Made by a program: the position numbers and the translations under genes. Positions 61,051-64,000 of a stretch of DNA of 64,000 bases are shown here, one piece after another (positions within the stretch are counted from its first letter, which is position 1; the number at the start of each line of letters is the position of its first letter). The DNA comes from the human T2T-CHM13v2.0 reference genome, Homo sapiens. The notes under the pieces were generated by a model, which was not told the DNA's origin, did not search any database, and was given only the letters and a program-made list of their open reading frames with translations. The stretch lies in the NCBI RefSeq assembly GCF_009914755.1, contig NC_060935.1; one strand, given 5' to 3'.

Positions 61051-62491
61051 AGATAAAATGTTTTCTCCTTGAATTATCCAAATAAGCTACTTAGAATTCA
61101 AATTACTGAATAATTTTTCAGTCCTCCACTTTGCTTGGACACTGAAAATTGCTTTTTGAAAAGTCAAAAATTAATTTGGAGCCCTTTTCAAGAGCAACAT
61201 TTTCTAGAATCCAATGTATAATATAAATATAAAAGATGTCTTATTTCCTATCTATTGCTATCTTCTTAAGTTGCCAAAGGCAAGAAGACAAGTATCTCTC
61301 AAATGCAATGCAGACAAACTGCCTACTGCTATTTAATGAAAAGGAAACAAAATTGATCTTACATTGTACTTTTATATAAATAAAAATATTATTTAAACCC
61401 TCAAGCCAGAAAACTTCCCTAGAGTAATATTGAATGATTCCTTGGTATTTCTTTCTTTACAAAAATATCAATATCAACTCTCTATAATATATGAATTTTA
61501 TCTTCTTTTTCCCAAAGTCAAACCAGAAAATAATTGTTAGTATATATAATATACATAGCTCTTTATTGCTGGAGTTCTTCTCAAAAACTTGTACTCTGAG
61601 ATTTACCTCAAAGGCAATAAAAATAAAGTTATAAAAATATTTTATTTGGCAATATATTTTTTCCTGCTGTTTCACAGAACCAAAGAGTGAGAAAAAGACT
61701 CACTGGAAATGCATTTGTTAATAATTTACACATAGAGTATCATGGAATATTTTTCCTACAAATAGCTTTATATTAGAGATGAATCTTCCTATAGCTTCTA
61801 ATTCAAACCATGTATTCTGGATTTAATATTAGGAGTCACTCTTAACTATCTCACATGAAGGACAGGGAATAGATCAAAGATGTCTCTGATAATAATGGAA
61901 TATAGTTATAAAAAGAAGAACCAAAATCAAAAGAAAGATTGCCATAGCCTTCAAAATGTATAAAATTGACATTGGGCTTGTTGCTTTGGATAGGTATAAA
62001 CTCAGGTTAAAAAGTTTTTTATGAAAAAGAAAGAATCTATAAAATCTCAAGCAAAGCTACATTTCCCAGCTTTATTTGTTTTACCATTATTGACATCCAA
62101 AACACAAGTCACACATCAGCTTTGGAGATTAAGTCTCACTCTGTCCTTCTTGGTGTGTGTGTGAGTGTGTGTATGTGTTCTTCCCAAATTAAAGTAATAA
62201 TTCTATTGCTTTGCAAAATACAAAACATAGGGATTATGGGAAAATGGCCAAGTTTATGGGAAAATGTGCTGGCTTATATATACCATTAGTCTCATTAATT
62301 TAAAGCACTTTTCTGTGCTGCTATTTTTCTATTCCCTATCCTTTCATTCAGAAAGCACATATGGAGGCTTCCATAAAAGTATGTCAGCAGCTCCTTTACT
62401 GAACCCTCTCTATGGACCCAGCACTGCCTTAGGCTTTATGAGACATGATTCTGGCACTCAAAGATCTCATATTCTAACTGGGATTAGTGGA

Positions 62492-62899
62492 TGATATGGT
62501 TTGGAGCTATGTCCCTGCAAAATCTCATGTTGAAATATAATCCCCAGTTTTGGAGGTGGGATCTGGTGGGAGGTGTTTGGATCATGGTGGCCGATCCCTC
62601 ATGAATGGCACAGTGCCATCTCCTTGGTGATAAGTGAGTTTATGACAGTTTGGGTTGTTTGAAAGTGTGTGGCACCTCCCTCCTTGCTCTCTTGCTTCTG
62701 CTCTGGCCATGTGATATGCCTGCTCCCGCTTTGCCTTCTGTCATGAGTAAAAGCTCACTTAGGCCTCCCCAGAAGCCAAGCAGATGCCAGTGCTATGCTT
62801 GTACAACTTGCAGAACCATTAACCAATTAAATCTCTTTTCTTTATAAATTACCCAGTCTCTGGTATTCCTTTACAGCAATACAAGAATGGCCTAATACA
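62492..62899 (+). mobile_element. MSTB-like MaLR 5' LTR
   Basis: tgatatggtttgg...ccagaagccaagcagatgcc...cctaataca. Confidence 0.93.
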
Positions 62900-64000
62900 G
62901 AAAATCAGTACTTAGGAGTGGGACATTGCTATAAAGATACTTGGAAATGTAGAAGCAGCTTTGGAACTGGGCAATGGGCAGAAGTTGGAGGAGTCTGGAG
63001 GACTCAGAAGAAGGCAGGAAGATGAGGGAGAGTTTGAAACTTCTTAGAGACTGCTTAAATAGTTGTAACCATAATGCTGATAGTGATATGGACAAGTGAA
63101 GTCCAGGCTGCTGAGGTCTCAGACAGAAATGAGGAACTGATTGGAAACTGGAGAAAGGTTACCCTTGTTATTCTGTAGCAAAGGACTTGGTGGTTATATT
63201 GTGTCCATGCCCTAGGGCTCTGTGGAAGTTTGACATTAAGAGTGACAACCTAGGGTATCTCGTGGAGGAATGCAGTGAAGCATTCAAGATATGGCCTGGC
63301 TACTTCTAACATCCTATAGTCAGAGGCAGGAGCAAAGAAATAACTTAAAATTGGAATTTATATTTAAAGGGGAAGCAGAGCTTAAACGTTTGGAAAATTT
63401 GCAGCCTGGCCATGTGGTAGAAAAAGAAAGCCCATTTTTCAGGGGAAGAATCTAAGTGGGCTGGGGAACAACCGCTTGCTAGAGATATTTGTATGGGTAA
63501 GAAAGAGCCAGGTGCTGATAGCCAAGATAATGGGAAAAAGGCCTGAAAGGAATTTCAGAGGTCTCTGAGGCAGCTCCTCCCATCACAGGCTCAGAGGCCT
63601 AGGAGGGCTGAATGGTTTCATGGGCCAGACCCAGGGCCCCATTGTCCTGTGTAGTCTTGGGAAACTGCTCCCACATCCTCGCTGTTCCAGCTCCAGCCAT
63701 GGCTCAAAGGGTCACAGATACAGCTCAGGCTGCTGCTTCAGAGGGTGCAAGCCATAAGCCTTGGAGAGTTCCATGTGGTGTTAAGCCTGTGGGCATGCAG
63801 AGTACAACAGTGAAGGAGGCTTGGCAGTCTCTCTATAGACTTCAGAGGATGTATGAGAAAGCCTGGGTGCTAGGCAGAAGACTGTGGCAGGGGCAATCCC
63901 TCACAGAGAACCTCTACTAGGGCAGTAGTATTGAGGGGGAAATGTGGGGTTGGAGGCCCCATGGAGACCCCACTGGGGCACTGCCTACTGGAGCTGTGAG
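62900..64000 (+). mobile_element. MST internal region (MaLR-int), runs off the window
   Basis: Directly follows the LTR; gcagctttggaactggg, ctcagaagaaggcaggaagatg, ccccactggggcactgccta. Confidence 0.92.

Noticed and set aside
63612-63920. 102-aa ORF
   Set aside because: It lies within the MST internal region and is decayed MaLR sequence.

Overview
This window is AT-rich, CpG-poor simian-primate (human-like) genomic DNA, either intergenic or deep intronic. Well over half of it is recognisable interspersed repeat: L1 (L1PA, L1PB, L1M), seven Alus (mostly AluS, none clearly AluY), L2, MIR, an L3/CR1 remnant, MaLR LTRs (THE1, MST with internal sequence, MLT1), ERVL elements (an LTR16/HERV16-like provirus, MLT2, LTR33) and DNA transposons (MER5, MER82, MER63). 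I could not support any protein-coding exon, RNA gene or CpG island. The ORFs with recognisable homology are decayed L1, Alu or ERV fragments; the rest look like chance frames. I found no convincing novel biological system. The most notable observations are structural: an old CR1 with twin-priming-like inversion geometry, a ~125-bp dispersed duplication, a four-level nested retrotransposon stack, an internally deleted L1MC, a three-copy target site, and a few candidate enhancer motif clusters. Subfamily names come from remembered consensus sequences, not from a search, and boundaries of old repeats are approximate (tens of bp).
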